In this document: one piece after another, positions 1 to 14,500 of the stretch | How the letters are laid out: each line of letters begins with the position of its first letter | Position numbering within the stretch: position 1 is the first letter of the stretch | Assembly: GCF_009914755.1 (NCBI RefSeq) | Contig: NC_060940.1 | DNA from: the human T2T-CHM13v2.0 reference genome, Homo sapiens | Direction: 5' to 3' (one strand) | Length of the DNA stretch: 64,000 bases | Program-made: the position numbers and the translations under genes | The notes under the pieces: model-generated | Seen by the model: the letters and a program-made list of their open reading frames with translations, nothing else | Told to the model about the DNA's origin: nothing | The model's database searches: none

Positions 1-848
1 TGATTTCTTTTGATTATATTTGGTGATGATTCCATTGGAGTCCATTCAATGATTCCATTCTATTCCAATCGATGATGATTCCATTAGAGTCCATTTAATG
101 ATTCCATTTGATTCCAGTCTCTGATGATTACATTCGAGTCCATACGATGATTCCACTCAATTCCATATGATGATGATTCCATTTGATTCCATTCGGTGAT
201 TCCATTCTATTCTATTCAATGGTGATTCCATTCGAGTACATTAGATGATTCCATTCGATTCCATTCAATGATGATTCTATTTGTGTCCCTTAGATGATTC
301 CACATGATTCCATTACATGATGATACTATTTGAGCCCATCCAATGATTCCCTTCGATTCCATTCGATGAGGATTCCATTCGATTCAATTCATTGGTGATT
401 CTATTCAATTCAATTCTTTGATTCCATTCCATTCCATTCGACAATGATTCCATTCGATTTCTTTCGATGATTCCACTCGATTCCACTTGACATTGATTCC
501 ATTCGATTCCATTCAATGATTCCATTTGATTCCAGTGGATGATGATTGCCATCGATTCCATTCGATCACTCTATTCTATTCCATTTGATGATGATTACAT
601 TCGATTCCATTTGATGATTCCATCTGATTCTATTCGAGGATTCCATTTGATTCCATTCGATGATGATTCCATTCGAGTCCATTCGATGATTTCATTCGAG
701 TACATCCAATGATTCCATTCGAGTCCATTAGATGATTCCATTTGATTCCATTTGAAAATGATTCTACTAGAGTCCATTCAATGACTCCATTCGAGTCCAT
801 TCAACAATTCCATTCGACTCCATTCGATGATTCCATTCGATTCCATTT
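1..848 (+). repeat. Partial HOR unit (3' end). Units are phased at the landmark GATGGTTCCATTCGAGTCCATTTAATCATTACAG
   Basis: Matches 10658-11505 and 32414-33261 (ORF landmarks at 313, 10970 and 32726). Confidence 0.9.
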
Positions 849-3800
849 GATGGTTCCATTCGAGTCCATTTAATCATTACAGTCGAGTCCATTTGGTGAT
901 TCCACTGGATTTCTTTTGATAATGATACCATTCAATTACATTTGATGATGATCCCATTCAATTTCATTTGATGATGATTCCATTAGAGTCCATTCGATGA
1001 TTTCATTCGAGTCCCTTCATTGATTCCATCCGATTTCATTGGATGATGACTCCATTCGAGTCCATTCGATGATTCCACTCGATTCCATTAGATGACTCCA
1101 TTGGAGTCCATTTGATTGTTCCATTCGATTCCATTCGATTCCTTTCGAAGATTATTCCATTTGAGTCCATTCGATGATGATTCCATTCCATTCCATTCGA
1201 TGATTCCGTTTGATTCCATTCGATGATTCCCTTCGATTCCTTTCTTTGATGATTCCATTCCATTCCATTCAATGATTCCATTCGAATCTATTCCATGATG
1301 ATTCCTTTCGATTCCATTCGCTGATGTTTCCGTTCAATTCCATTCGATGATGATTCCATTCGATTCCATTCATTGAGGATTCCATTTGATTCCATTCAAT
1401 GATGATTCCATTCTATTCCATTCAATGATTGCATTCAATTCCATTCAATGATTATCCCCTTAGAGTAAACTCAACGATTCCATTCAATACCATTCGATGA
1501 TGATTCCTTTTGAGTCCATTCAATGATTTCATTCAAGTCCATTTGATGATTCCTTTCAATTCCATTCTATGATGATTCCATTCGAGTCCATTCGATGATT
1601 CCATTCGATTGCATTCGATGATTCCATTATATTCCATTCAACAGTGATTCCATTCGAGTCAATTCCATGATTCCATTAGAGTACATTTAATGATTGCTTT
1701 GTTTTCAATTCGAAGATGATTACATTGGATTCCATTCTATGATACCATTCGATTCCATTCAATGATGATTCCACTCAAATCCATTGGATGATTCCATTCG
1801 TGTCCATTCGGTGATTTCATTACATTCCATTCGAGGATGATTCCATTCGATTCCATTCGATGATTCCATTCAATTCCATTCGATGATGATTCCATTCCAG
1901 TCCATATGATCATTCCATTTGATTTCATTCGATGATGATTCCATTCAATTCGATTCGACGATTCCATTCTATTCCATTCGATGATGATTCCATTCGAGTC
2001 CATTCGATGATTCCATTCGAGTCCATTTAATGATTCCATTGGGTTCAATTCAATGATGATTACATTGGATTCCGTTCTATGATTCCATTCAATTCCGTTC
2101 ATTGACAATTTGACTCCATTCGATGATGATTCCATTTGAGTTCATTCGATGATTCTATTCGATTCTCTTCGATGGTGATTCAATTCTATTATATTGGATG
2201 ATTCCATTCGATTCCATTTGATGTTGATTCAATTCGATTCTATTCGATGATGATTCCATTGGATTTCACTTGATGATTCTATTCGATTCCATTCAATGAT
2301 GATTCACTTCTCGTCCATTGGATGATTCCATTTCATTCCATTCGATGATGATTCCATTCGATTCCATTCGATGATTCCATTTGATTCCATGCGACGGTGA
2401 GCAATTCGATTCAATTCCATGATGATTCTATTTGATTCAATTAGATGATGTTTCCATTCGAATCCATTCCATGATTATTCCATTGGAATCCATTCGGCGA
2501 TGATTCCATATGAGTCAATTCAATGATGATTCCATATGGGTCCGTTCGATGATAATTCCATTTGATTTCATTCGATGCTTCTATTCTATTCCAGTCGATG
2601 ATGATTCCGTTGGAGTCCATACGATGATTCCATTTGATTTCATTTGATGATGATTCCATTCGATGATGATTACATTGGATTCCATTCTATGATTCCATTC
2701 AATTCCATTCGTTGATGATTCGATTCCATTCAATGATGATTCCATTTGAGTTCATTCGATGATTCTATTCGATTCCGTTCGATGGTGATTCAATTCTATT
2801 ATATTGGATGATTCCACTCGATTCCATTTGATGATTATTCCATTGGAGTCCACTTAGTGAATCCTTTAGATTCTACTCGACGATGATTCCATTCGAGTCC
2901 ATTCGATGATACCATTCAATTCCATTCGTTGATGCTTCCATTCAAGTGCATTCGATGATATCATTCGATTCCATTTGATGATAATTCCATTTGATTCCAT
3001 GCGATGATTCTATTCGATTCCATTCAATGATAATTCCATTCAATTCAGTGATTCCTCTGGACTCCATTTGATGATGATTCCATTCAATGATTCCATTCGA
3101 TTCTATTCGAAAATGATTCCATTTGAATCCATTTGATGATGATTCCATTAGATTCCATTTGATGATTCCATTCGATTCCATTCGACGATGATTCCATTCG
3201 ATTCCGTTTGATGATTCCATTCTATTCTATTCGATGATGATTCCATTCGATTCCATTCGATGATGATTGGATTCGATTCCATTGGATGATTTCATTTGAT
3301 TCCATTCGTTAATGATTTCGATCAATTCCATTCGATGATTCCATTCGATTCCATTCGATAATGATTACATCCGAGTCCATTCGATGATTCCCTTTGAGCC
3401 TGTTCGATAATTCCATTTGAGTCCAACCAATGATTCCATTCATTTCCATTCAATGATTCCATTCGAGTCCATTTGATCATTCCGGTAGGGTCCATTCGAT
3501 GTTGATTCCATTGGAGTGCATTCGATGATTCCATTCGAGTCCATTTTAGGATTTGATTCGAGTCCTTTCGATGATTCCATTCGATTCCACTCGATGATGA
3601 TTTCATTCGAGTCCATTCGACACTTCCAATCGATTCCATTTGATGATTCCATTCGAGTCCAATTGATGATTCCATTCAATTCCATTCGATGATGATTCCG
3701 TACGATTCCATTCTGTGATGATTCCATGTGATTGCATTCAATGATGATTCCTTTCGATTGCATTCGATTATGATTCATTTCGTGTTCATTCTATGGTTCC

Positions 3801-5442
3801 ACAGGTTTCCATTCGTGTCCATTCCATTATTCCATTCTATTCCATTTGATGATGATTCCATTCGATTCCATTCATTGGTGATTCCACTCAATTCCATTCA
3901 ATGATTCCATTCCATTTCTTTCAACAATGATTCCATTAGTTTCTAATCGATGATCCACTTGATTCCATTTGACGACGATTCCATTCTTGTCCATTCGATG
4001 ATTCCATTTGATTCCATATGATGATGATTCCATTCGATTCCATACCATGATGATTCCATTCGAGTCCATTCAATGGTGATTCCATTCAATTCCATTCGAT
4101 GATTCCTTTTGATTCCATTCGATGATGATGGCATTCGATTCCTTTCAATCATTCCCTTTGATTCCATTCAAAGGTGATTTCATTCAAGTCCATTCGATAA
4201 TTGCATTCGATTCCATTCTATGATGATTCCATTCGAGTCCATTTGATGATTCCATTCAATTCAAGTCAATGATGATTCCATTCGATTCCATTCGATGATT
4301 CCATTGGATTCCATTCGATGATGATTCCATTCAAATCCATTCGATAATTCAATTCAAGTCCATTCGATGATGATTCCAATCGAATCCATTCAAAGATTCC
4401 ATTCAGTTCCATTCGATGATTCCCTTAGATTCCATTCGATGATTCCACTTGATTGCATTTACGATGATTCCATTCGATTCCATGTGATGATTCCATTCAA
4501 TTCTATTCAATGATGTCTCCATTTGATTCCATTCGACCATGATTGCCTTTGATTCCACTCAATGATTCCATTCGGTTCCGTTTGATGATGATTCCGTTCG
4601 ATTCCATTTGATGATTCCATTTGATTCCATTGGATGAGTCCATTCGATTACATTCGATGATTATTCCATTCGAGTGCATTAGATGATTCCATTCGAGTCC
4701 ATTCGATGATTCCATTCGATTCCATTCGATGTTGATTCTGTTCAAATCCATTCGATGATTCCACTCGATTCCATTCGTTGACTCCATTTGATCCCATTCG
4801 ATGATTTCCTTTGATTCCCTTTGATGATCATTCCATTTGATTCAATTCGGTGATTTCATTTGATTCCATTCAGTGATGTTTCCATTCGACTCCATTCGAT
4901 GATGATTCCATTCGACTCCATTCGATTATGATTTCATTCAATTCCATTCGATAATGATTCCCTTCGAGTCCATTCGATGATTCCATTCGATTCCATTCAA
5001 CGATGATTTGATTCGTGTCCATTCGATGATTCCATTTGATTCCACTTGATGATGATTCCATTCGAGTCCATTTGATGATTCCATTCAATTCCATACTCCG
5101 ATGATTTCTTTTGAGCCCACTCAATGCTTCCACTCGATTCCATATGATGATGACTCCATTCGATGAAATTCGATGATGATTCCATTCGCTTGCTTTCGAT
5201 GATGATTCCACTTGAGTCCGTTAGAAGATTCTATTCAATTACATTCCATGACGATTCCGTTCGAGTCCATTTGATGATTCCATTAGACTCCATTCGACGA
5301 TGATTCCATTCGATGTTATTCGATGATTCCATTCGATCTCATTCGATGATGATTCCATTCAACTCCATTCGATGTTTCCATTCGAGTTCATTCTATTATT
5401 CCATTAGATTCCATTCGATGATGATTCCATTCGATTCCATTT
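849..5442 (+). repeat. HOR unit U1, truncated 4,594-bp form (lacks 1,518 bp of the 6,112-bp unit)
   Basis: Landmark ORFs 1036->5630, 2441->7035 and 2942->7536 are all offset by 4594; junction at 5420-5446. Confidence 0.92.
2433..2443 (-). promoter_or_regulatory. Candidate DUX4 double-homeodomain site TAATTGAATCA (TGATTCAATTA on +). Also at 7027, 13067, 22998, 28734, 34846, 40584, 46322, 52434 and 58149
   Basis: Exact match to the DUX4 consensus TAAYBBAATCA. DUX4 is known to bind and activate HSATII, but occupancy of these copies is not shown by the sequence. Confidence 0.5.
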
Positions 5443-8400
5443 GATGGTTCCATTCGAGTCCATTTAATCATTACAGTCGAGTCCATTTGGTGATTCCACT
5501 GGATTTCTTTTGATAATGATACCATTCAATTACATTTGATGATGATCCCATTCAATTTCATTTGATGATGATTCCATTAGAGTCCATTCGATGATTTCAT
5601 TCGAGTCCCTTCATTGATTCCATCCGATTTCATTGGATGATGACTCCATTCGAGTCCATTCGATGATTCCACTCGATTCCATTAGATGACTCCATTGGAG
5701 TCCATTTGATTGTTCCATTCGATTCCATTCGATTCCTTTCGAAGATTATTCCATTTGAGTCCATTCGATGATGATTCCATTCCATTCCATTCGATGATTC
5801 CGTTTGATTCCATTCGATGATTCCCTTCGATTCCTTTCTTTGATGATTCCATTCCATTCCATTCAATGATTCCATTCGAATCTATTCCATGATGATTCCT
5901 TTCGATTCCATTCGCTGATGTTTCCGTTCAATTCCATTCGATGATGATTCCATTCGATTCCATTCATTGAGGATTCCATTTGATTCCATTCAATGATGAT
6001 TCCATTCTATTCCATTCAATGATTGCATTCAATTCCATTCAATGATTATCCCCTTAGAGTAAACTCAACGATTCCATTCAATACCATTCGATGATGATTC
6101 CTTTTGAGTCCATTCAATGATTTCATTCAAGTCCATTTGATGATTCCTTTCAATTCCATTCTATGATGATTCCATTCGAGTCCATTCGATGATTCCATTC
6201 GATTGCATTCGATGATTCCATTATATTCCATTCAACAGTGATTCCATTCGAGTCAATTCCATGATTCCATTAGAGTACATTTAATGATTGCTTTGTTTTC
6301 AATTCGAAGATGATTACATTGGATTCCATTCTATGATACCATTCGATTCCATTCAATGATGATTCCACTCAAATCCATTGGATGATTCCATTCGTGTCCA
6401 TTCGGTGATTTCATTACATTCCATTCGAGGATGATTCCATTCGATTCCATTCGATGATTCCATTCAATTCCATTCGATGATGATTCCATTCCAGTCCATA
6501 TGATCATTCCATTTGATTACATTCGATGATGATTCCATTCGTTTCGATTCGACGATTCCATTCTATTCCATTCGATGATGATTCCATTCGAGTCCATTCG
6601 ATGATTCCATTCGAGTCCATTTAATGATTCCATTGGGTTCAATTCAATGATGATTACATTGGATTCCGTTCTATGATTCCATTCAATTCCGTTCATTGAC
6701 AATTTGATTCCATTCGATGATGATTCCATTTGAGTTCATTCGATGATTCTATTCGATTCTCTTCGATGGTGATTCAATTCTATTATATTGGATGATTCCA
6801 TTCGATTCCATTTGATGTTGATTCAATTCGATTCTATTCGATGATGATTCCATTGGATTTCACTTGATGATTCTATTCGATTCCATTCAATGATGATTCA
6901 CTTCTCGTCCATTGGATGATTCCATTTCATTCCATTCGATGATGATTCCATTCGATTCCATTCGATGATTCCATTTGATTCCATTCGACGGTGAGCAATT
7001 CGATTCAATTCCATGATGATTCTATTTGATTCAATTAGATGATGTTTCCATTCGAATCCATTCCATGATTATTCCATTGGAATCCATTCGGCGATGATTC
7101 CATATGAGTCAATTCAATGATGATTCCATATGGGTCCGTTCGATGATAATTCCATTTGATTTCATTCGATGCTTCTATTCTATTCCAGTCGATGATGATT
7201 CCGTTGGAGTCCATACGATGATTCCATTTGATTTCATTTGATGATGATTCCATTCGATGATGATTACATTGGATTCCATTCTATGATTCCATTCAATTCC
7301 ATTCGTTGATGATTCGATTCCATTCAATGATGATTCCATTTGAGTTCATTCGATGATTCTATTCGATTCCGTTCGATGGTGATTCAATTCTATTATATTG
7401 GATGATTCCACTCGATTCCATTTGATGATTATTCCATTGGAGTCCACTTAGTGAATCCTTTAGATTCTACTCGACGATGATTCCATTCGAGTCCATTCGA
7501 TGATACCATTCAATTCCATTCGTTGATGCTTCCATTCAAGTGCATTCGATGATATCATTCGATTCCATTTGATGATAATTCCATTTGATTCCATGCGATG
7601 ATTCTATTCGATTCCATTCAATGATAATTCCATTCAATTCAGTGATTCCTCTGGACTCCATTTGATGATGATTCCATTCAATGATTCCATTCGATTCTAT
7701 TCGAAAATGATTCCATTTGAATCCATTTGATGATGATTCCATTAGATTCCATTTGATGATTCCATTCGATTCCATTCGACGATGATTCCATTCGATTCCG
7801 TTTGATGATTCCATTCTATTCTATTCGATGATGATTCCATTCGATTCCATTCGATGATGATTGGATTCGATTCCATTGGATGATTTCATTTGATTCCATT
7901 CGTTAATGATTTCGATCAATTCCATTCGATGATTCCATTCGATTCCATTCGATAATGATTACATCCGAGTCCATTCGATGATTCCCTTTGAGCCTGTTCG
8001 ATAATTCCATTTGAGTCCAACCAATGATTCCATTCATTTCCATTCAATGATTCCATTCGAGTCCATTTGATCATTCCGGTAGGGTCCATTCGATGTTGAT
8101 TCCATTGGAGTGCATTCGATGATTCCATTCGAGTCCATTTTACGATTTGATTCGAGTCCTTTCGATGATTCCATTCGATTCCACTCGATGATGATTTCAT
8201 TCGAGTCCATTCGACACTTCCAATCGATTCCATTTGATGATTCCATTCGATTCCAATTGATGATTCCATTCAATTCCATTCGATGATGATTCCGTACGAT
8301 TCCATTCTGTGATGATTCCATGTGATTGCATTCAATGATGATTCCTTTCGATTGCATTCGATTATGATTCATTTCGTGTTCATTCTATGGTTCCACAGGT

Positions 8401-11400
8401 TTCCATTCGTGTCCATTCCATTATTCCATTCTATTCCATTTGATGATGATTCCATTCGATTCCATTCATTGGTGATTCCACTCAATTCCATTCAATGATT
8501 CCATTCCATTTCTTTCAACAATGATTCCATTAGTTTCTAATCGATGATCCACTTGATTCCATTTGACGACGATTCCATTCTTGTCCATTCGATGATTCCA
8601 TTTGATTCCATATGATGATGATTCCATTCGATTCCATACCATGATGATTCCATTCGAGTCCATTCAATGGTGATTCCATTCAATTCCATTCGATGATTCC
8701 TTTTGATTCCATTCGATGATGATGGCATTCGATTCCTTTCAATCATTCCCTTTGATTCCATTCAAAGGTGATTTCATTCAAGTCCATTCGATAATTGCAT
8801 TCGATTCCATTCTATGATGATTCCATTCGAGTCCATTTGATGATTCCATTCAATTCAAGTCAATGATGATTCCATTCGATTCCATTCGATGATTCCATTG
8901 GATTCCATTCGATGATGATTCCATTCAAATCCATTCGATAATTCAATTCAAGTCCATTCGATGATGATTCCAATCGAATCCATTCAAAGATTCCATTCAG
9001 TTCCATTCGATGATTCCCTTAGATTCCATTCGATGATTCCACTTGATTGCATTTACGATGATTCCATTCGATTCCATGTGATGATTCCATTCAATTCTAT
9101 TCAATGATGTCTCCATTTGATTCCATTCGACCATGATTGCCTTTGATTCCATTCAATGATTCCATTCGGTTCCGTTTGATGATGATTCCGTTCGATTCCA
9201 TTTGATGATTCCATTTGATTCCATTGGATGAGTCCATTCGATTACATTCGATGATTATTCCATTCGAGTGCATTAGATGATTCCATTCGAGTCCATTCGA
9301 TGATTCCACTCGATTCCATTCGTTGACTCCATTTGATCCCATTCGATGATTTCCTTTGATTCCCTTTGATGATCATTCCATTTGATTCAATTCGGTGATT
9401 TCATTTGATTCCATTCAGTGATGTTTCCATTCGACTCCATTCGATGATGATTCCATTCGACTCCATTCAATTATGATTTCATTCAATTCCATTCGATAAT
9501 GATTCCCTTCGAGTCCATTCGATGATTCCATTCGATTCCATTCAACGATGATTTGATTCGTGTCCATTCGATGATTCCATTTGATTCCACTTGATGATGA
9601 TTCCATTCGAGTCCATTTGATGATTCCATTCAATTCCATACTCCGATGATTTCTTTTGAGCCCACTCAATGCTTCCACTCGATTCCATATGATGATGACT
9701 CCATTCGATGAAATTCGATGATGATTCCATTCGCTTGCTTTCGATGATGATTCCACTTGAGTCCGTTAGAAGATTCTATTCAATTACATTCCAGGACGAT
9801 TCCGTTCGAGTCCATTTGATGATTCCATTAGACTCCATTCGACGATGATTCCATTCGATGTTATTCGATGATTCCATTCGATCTCATTCGATGATGATTC
9901 CATTCAACTCCATTCGATGTTTCCATTCGAGTTCATTCTATTATTCCATTAGATTCCATTCGATGATGATTCCATTCGATTCCATTTGATGATTGCATTC
10001 TATTTCATTTGATGATGATTCCATTCGAGTCCACTCGATGATTCCATTCGAGTCCATTTAATGAATCCATTGGTTTCAATTCTATGATGATTACATTGGA
10101 TTCCATTCGTTGATGATTTCATTCGGTTCCATTCAATGATGATTCCATTCAATTCCTTTCAATGTTTCCATTCAATTCCATACGATGATGATTCCATTTG
10201 ATTTGATTCGACAGTGAGCCATTCGATTCAATTCCATGATGATTCTATTTGATTCAATTGGTTGACATTTCCATTCGATTCCATTCGATGATGATTCCCT
10301 TTGATTCCGTTCAAAGATGATTCCATTCTAGCCCATTCAATCATTCCATTCGATTCTATTCAATGATGATTCCATTCATGTCGATTTGGTGATTCCATTT
10401 GACTTCATTTGATGATGATTCCTTTCAAGTTCATTAGATGATTCCATTCGATTCCATTTGATGATGATCCCATTCGAGTCCATTCAGTGATTCCATTCGT
10501 TTCCATTCCATGATGATTCCATTCCTTTCCATTCAATGATTCCATTCGATTCCGTTTGATGATGATTTCATTCGAGTCCATTTGATGATTCCATTTGATT
10601 CCATTCGATGATGATTCCATTCGAGTCCATTCGATGATTCTATTCGAATCCATTTGATGATTTCTTTTGATTATATTTGGTGATGATTCCATTGGAGTCC
10701 ATTCAATGATTCCATTCTATTCCAATCGATGATGATTCCATTAGAGTCCATTTAATGATTCCATTTGATTCCAGTCTCTGATGATTACATTCGAGTCCAT
10801 ACGATGATTCCACTCAATTCCATATGATGATGATTCCATTTGATTCCATTCGGTGATTCCGTTCTATTCTATTCAATGGTGATTCCATTCGAGTACATTA
10901 GATGATTCCATTCGATTCCATTCAATGATGATTCTATTTGTGTCCCTTAGATGATTCCACATGATTCCATTAGATGATGATACTATTTGAGCCCATCCAA
11001 TGATTCCCTTCGATTCCATTCGATGAGGATTCCATTCGATTCAATTCATTGGTGATTCTATTCAATTCAATTCTTTGATTCCATTCCATTCCATTCGACA
11101 ATGATTCCATTCGATTTCTTTCGATGATTCCACTCGATTCCACTTGACATTGATTCCATTCGATTCCATTCAATGATTCCATTTGATTCCAGTGGATGAT
11201 GATTGCCATCGATTCCATTCGATCACTCCATTCTATTCCATTTGATGATGATTACATTCGATTCCATTTGATGATTCCATCTGATTCTATTCGAGGATTC
11301 CATTTGATTCCATTCGATGATGATTCCTTTCGAGTCCATTCGATGATTTCATTCGAGTACATCCAATGATTCCATTCGAGTCCATTAGATGATTCCATTT

Positions 11401-11505
11401 GATTCCATTTGAAAATGATTCTACTAGAGTCCATTCAATGACTCCATTCGAGTCCATTCAACAATTCCATTCGACTCCATTCGATGATTCCATTCGATTC
11501 CATTT
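5443..11505 (+). repeat. HOR unit U2, 6,063 bp (full unit minus a 49-bp deletion near 9300)
   Basis: The offset from U1 changes from 4594 to 4545 (4870->9415). GTTGATTCTGTTCAAATCC is missing near 9300. Confidence 0.9.
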
Positions 11506-14500
11506 GATGGTTCCATTCGAGTCCATTTGGTGATTCCACCGGATTTCTTTTGATAATGATATCATTCAATTACATTTGATGATGATCCCATTCAATTTCA
11601 TTTGATGATGACTCCATTAGAGTCCATTCGATGATTTCATTCGAGTCCCTTCATTGATTCCATCCGATTTCATTGGATGATGACTCCATTCGAGTCCATT
11701 CGATGATTCCACTCGATTCCATTAGATGATTCCATTGGAGTCCATTTGATTGTTCCATTCGATTCCATTCGATTCCTTTCGAAGATTATTCCATTTGAGT
11801 CCATTCGATGATGATTCCATTCCATTCCATTCGATGATTCCGTTTGATTCCATTCGATGATTCCCTTTGATTCCTTTCTTTGATGATTCCATTCCATTCC
11901 ATTCAATGATTCCATTCGAATCTATTCCATGATGATTCCTTTCGATTCCATTCGCTGATGTTTCCGTTCAATTCCATTCGGTGATGATTCCATTCGATTC
12001 CATTCATTGAGGATTCCATTTGATTCCATTCAATGATGATTCCATTCTATTCCATTCAATGATTGCATTCAATTCCATTCAATGATTATCCCCTTAGAGT
12101 AAACTCAACGATTCCATTCAATACCATTCGATGATGATTCCTTTTGAGTCCATTCAATGATTTCATTCAAGTCCATTTGATGATTCCTTTCAATTCCATT
12201 CTATGATGATTCCATTCGAGTCCATTCGATGATTCCATTCGATTGCATTCGATTATTCCATTATATTCCAGTCAATGATGATTCCATTCGAGTCCATTCG
12301 ATGATTCCATTAGAGTACATTTAATGATTGCTTTGTTTTCAATTCGAAGATGATTACATTGGATTCCATTCTATGATACCATTCGATTCCATTCAATGAT
12401 GATTCCACTCAAATCCATTGGATGATTCCATTCGTGTCCATTCGGTGATTTCATTAGATTCCATTCGAGGATGATTCCATTCGATTCCATTCGATGATTC
12501 CATTCAATTCCATTCGATGAAGATTCCATTCCAGTCCATATGATCATTCCATTTGATTTCATTCGATGATGATTCCATTCGATTCCATTCGATGATTCCA
12601 TTCTATTCCATTCGATGATGATTCCATTGGAGTCCATTCGATGATTGCATTCGAGTCCATTTAATGATTCCATTGGGTTCAATTCAATGATGATTACATT
12701 GGATTCCGTTCTATGATTCCATTCAATTCCGTTCATTGACAATTTGATTCCATTCGATGATGATTCCGTTTGAGTTCATTCGATGATTCTATTCGATTCT
12801 CTTCGATGGTGATTCAATTCTATTATATTGGATGATTCCATTCGATTCCATTTGATGTTGATTCAATTCGATTCTATTCGATGATGATTCCATTGGATTT
12901 CACTTGATGATTCTATTCGATTCCATTCAATGATGATTCACTTCTCGTCCATTGGATGATTCCATTTCATTCCATTCGATGATGATTCCATTCGATTCCA
13001 TTCGATGATTCCATTTGATTCCATGCGACGGTGAGCAACTCGATTCAATTCCATGATGATTCTATTTGATTCAATTAGATGATGTTTCCATTCGAATCCA
13101 TTCCATGATTATTCCATTGGAATCCATTTGGTGATGATTCCATATGAGTCAATTCAATGATGATTCCATATGGGTCCGTTCGATGATAATTCCATTTGAT
13201 TTCATTCGATGCTTCTATTCTATTCCAGTCGATGATGATTCCGTTGGAGTCCATACGATGATTCCATTTGATTTCATTTGATGATGATTCCATTCGATGA
13301 TGATTACATTGGATTCCATTCTATGATTCCATTCAATTCCATTCGTTGATGATTCGATTCCATTCAATGATGATTCCATTTGAGTTCATTCGATGATTCT
13401 ATTCGATTCCGTTCGATGGTGATTCAATTCTCTTATATTGGATGAATCCACTCGATTCCATTTGATGATTATTCCATTGGAGTCCACTTAGTGAATCCTT
13501 TAGATTCTACTCGAAGATGATTCCATTCGAGTCCATTCAATGATACCATTCAATTTCATTCGTTGATGCTTCCATTCAAGTGCATTCGATGATATCATTC
13601 GATTCCATTTGATGATAATTCCATTTGATTCCATGCGATGATTCTATTCGATTCCATTCAATGATAATTCCATCCAATTCAGTGATTCCTCTGGACTCCA
13701 TTTGATGATGATTCCATTCAATGATTCCATTCGATTCTATTCCAAAATGATTCCATTTGAATCCATTTGATGATGATTCCATTAGATTCCATTTGATGAT
13801 TCCATTCGATTCCATTTGACGATGATTCCATTCGATTCCATTTGATGATTCCATTCTATTCTATTCGATGATGATTCCATTCGATTCCATTTGATGATGA
13901 TTGGATTCGATTCCATTTGATGATTTCATTTGATTCCATTCGTTAATGATTTCGATCAACTCCATTCGATGATTCCATTTGATTCCATTCGATAATGATT
14001 ACATCCGAGTCCATTCGATGATTCCATTTGAGCCCGTTCGATAATTCCATTTGAGTCCAATCAATGATTCCATTCATTTCCATTCAATGATTCCATTCGA
14101 GTCCATTTGATCATTCTGGTAGGGTCCGTTCGATGTTGATTCCATTGGAGTGCATTCGATGATTCCATTCGAGTCCATTTTATGATTTGATTCGAGTCCT
14201 TTCGATGATTCCATTCGATTCCACTCGATGATGATTTCATTCGAGTCCATTCGACACTTCCAATCGATTCCATTTGATGTTTCCATTCGAGTCCAATTGA
14301 TGATTCCATTCAATTCCATTCGATGATGATTCCGTACGATTCCATTCTGTGATGATTCCATGTGATTGCATTCAATGATGATTCCTTTCGATTGCATTCG
14401 ATTATGATTCATTTCGTGTTCATTCTATGGTTCCACAGGTTTCCATTCGATGACGTTTCCGTTCGTGTCCATTCCATTATTCCATTCTATTTCATTTGAT

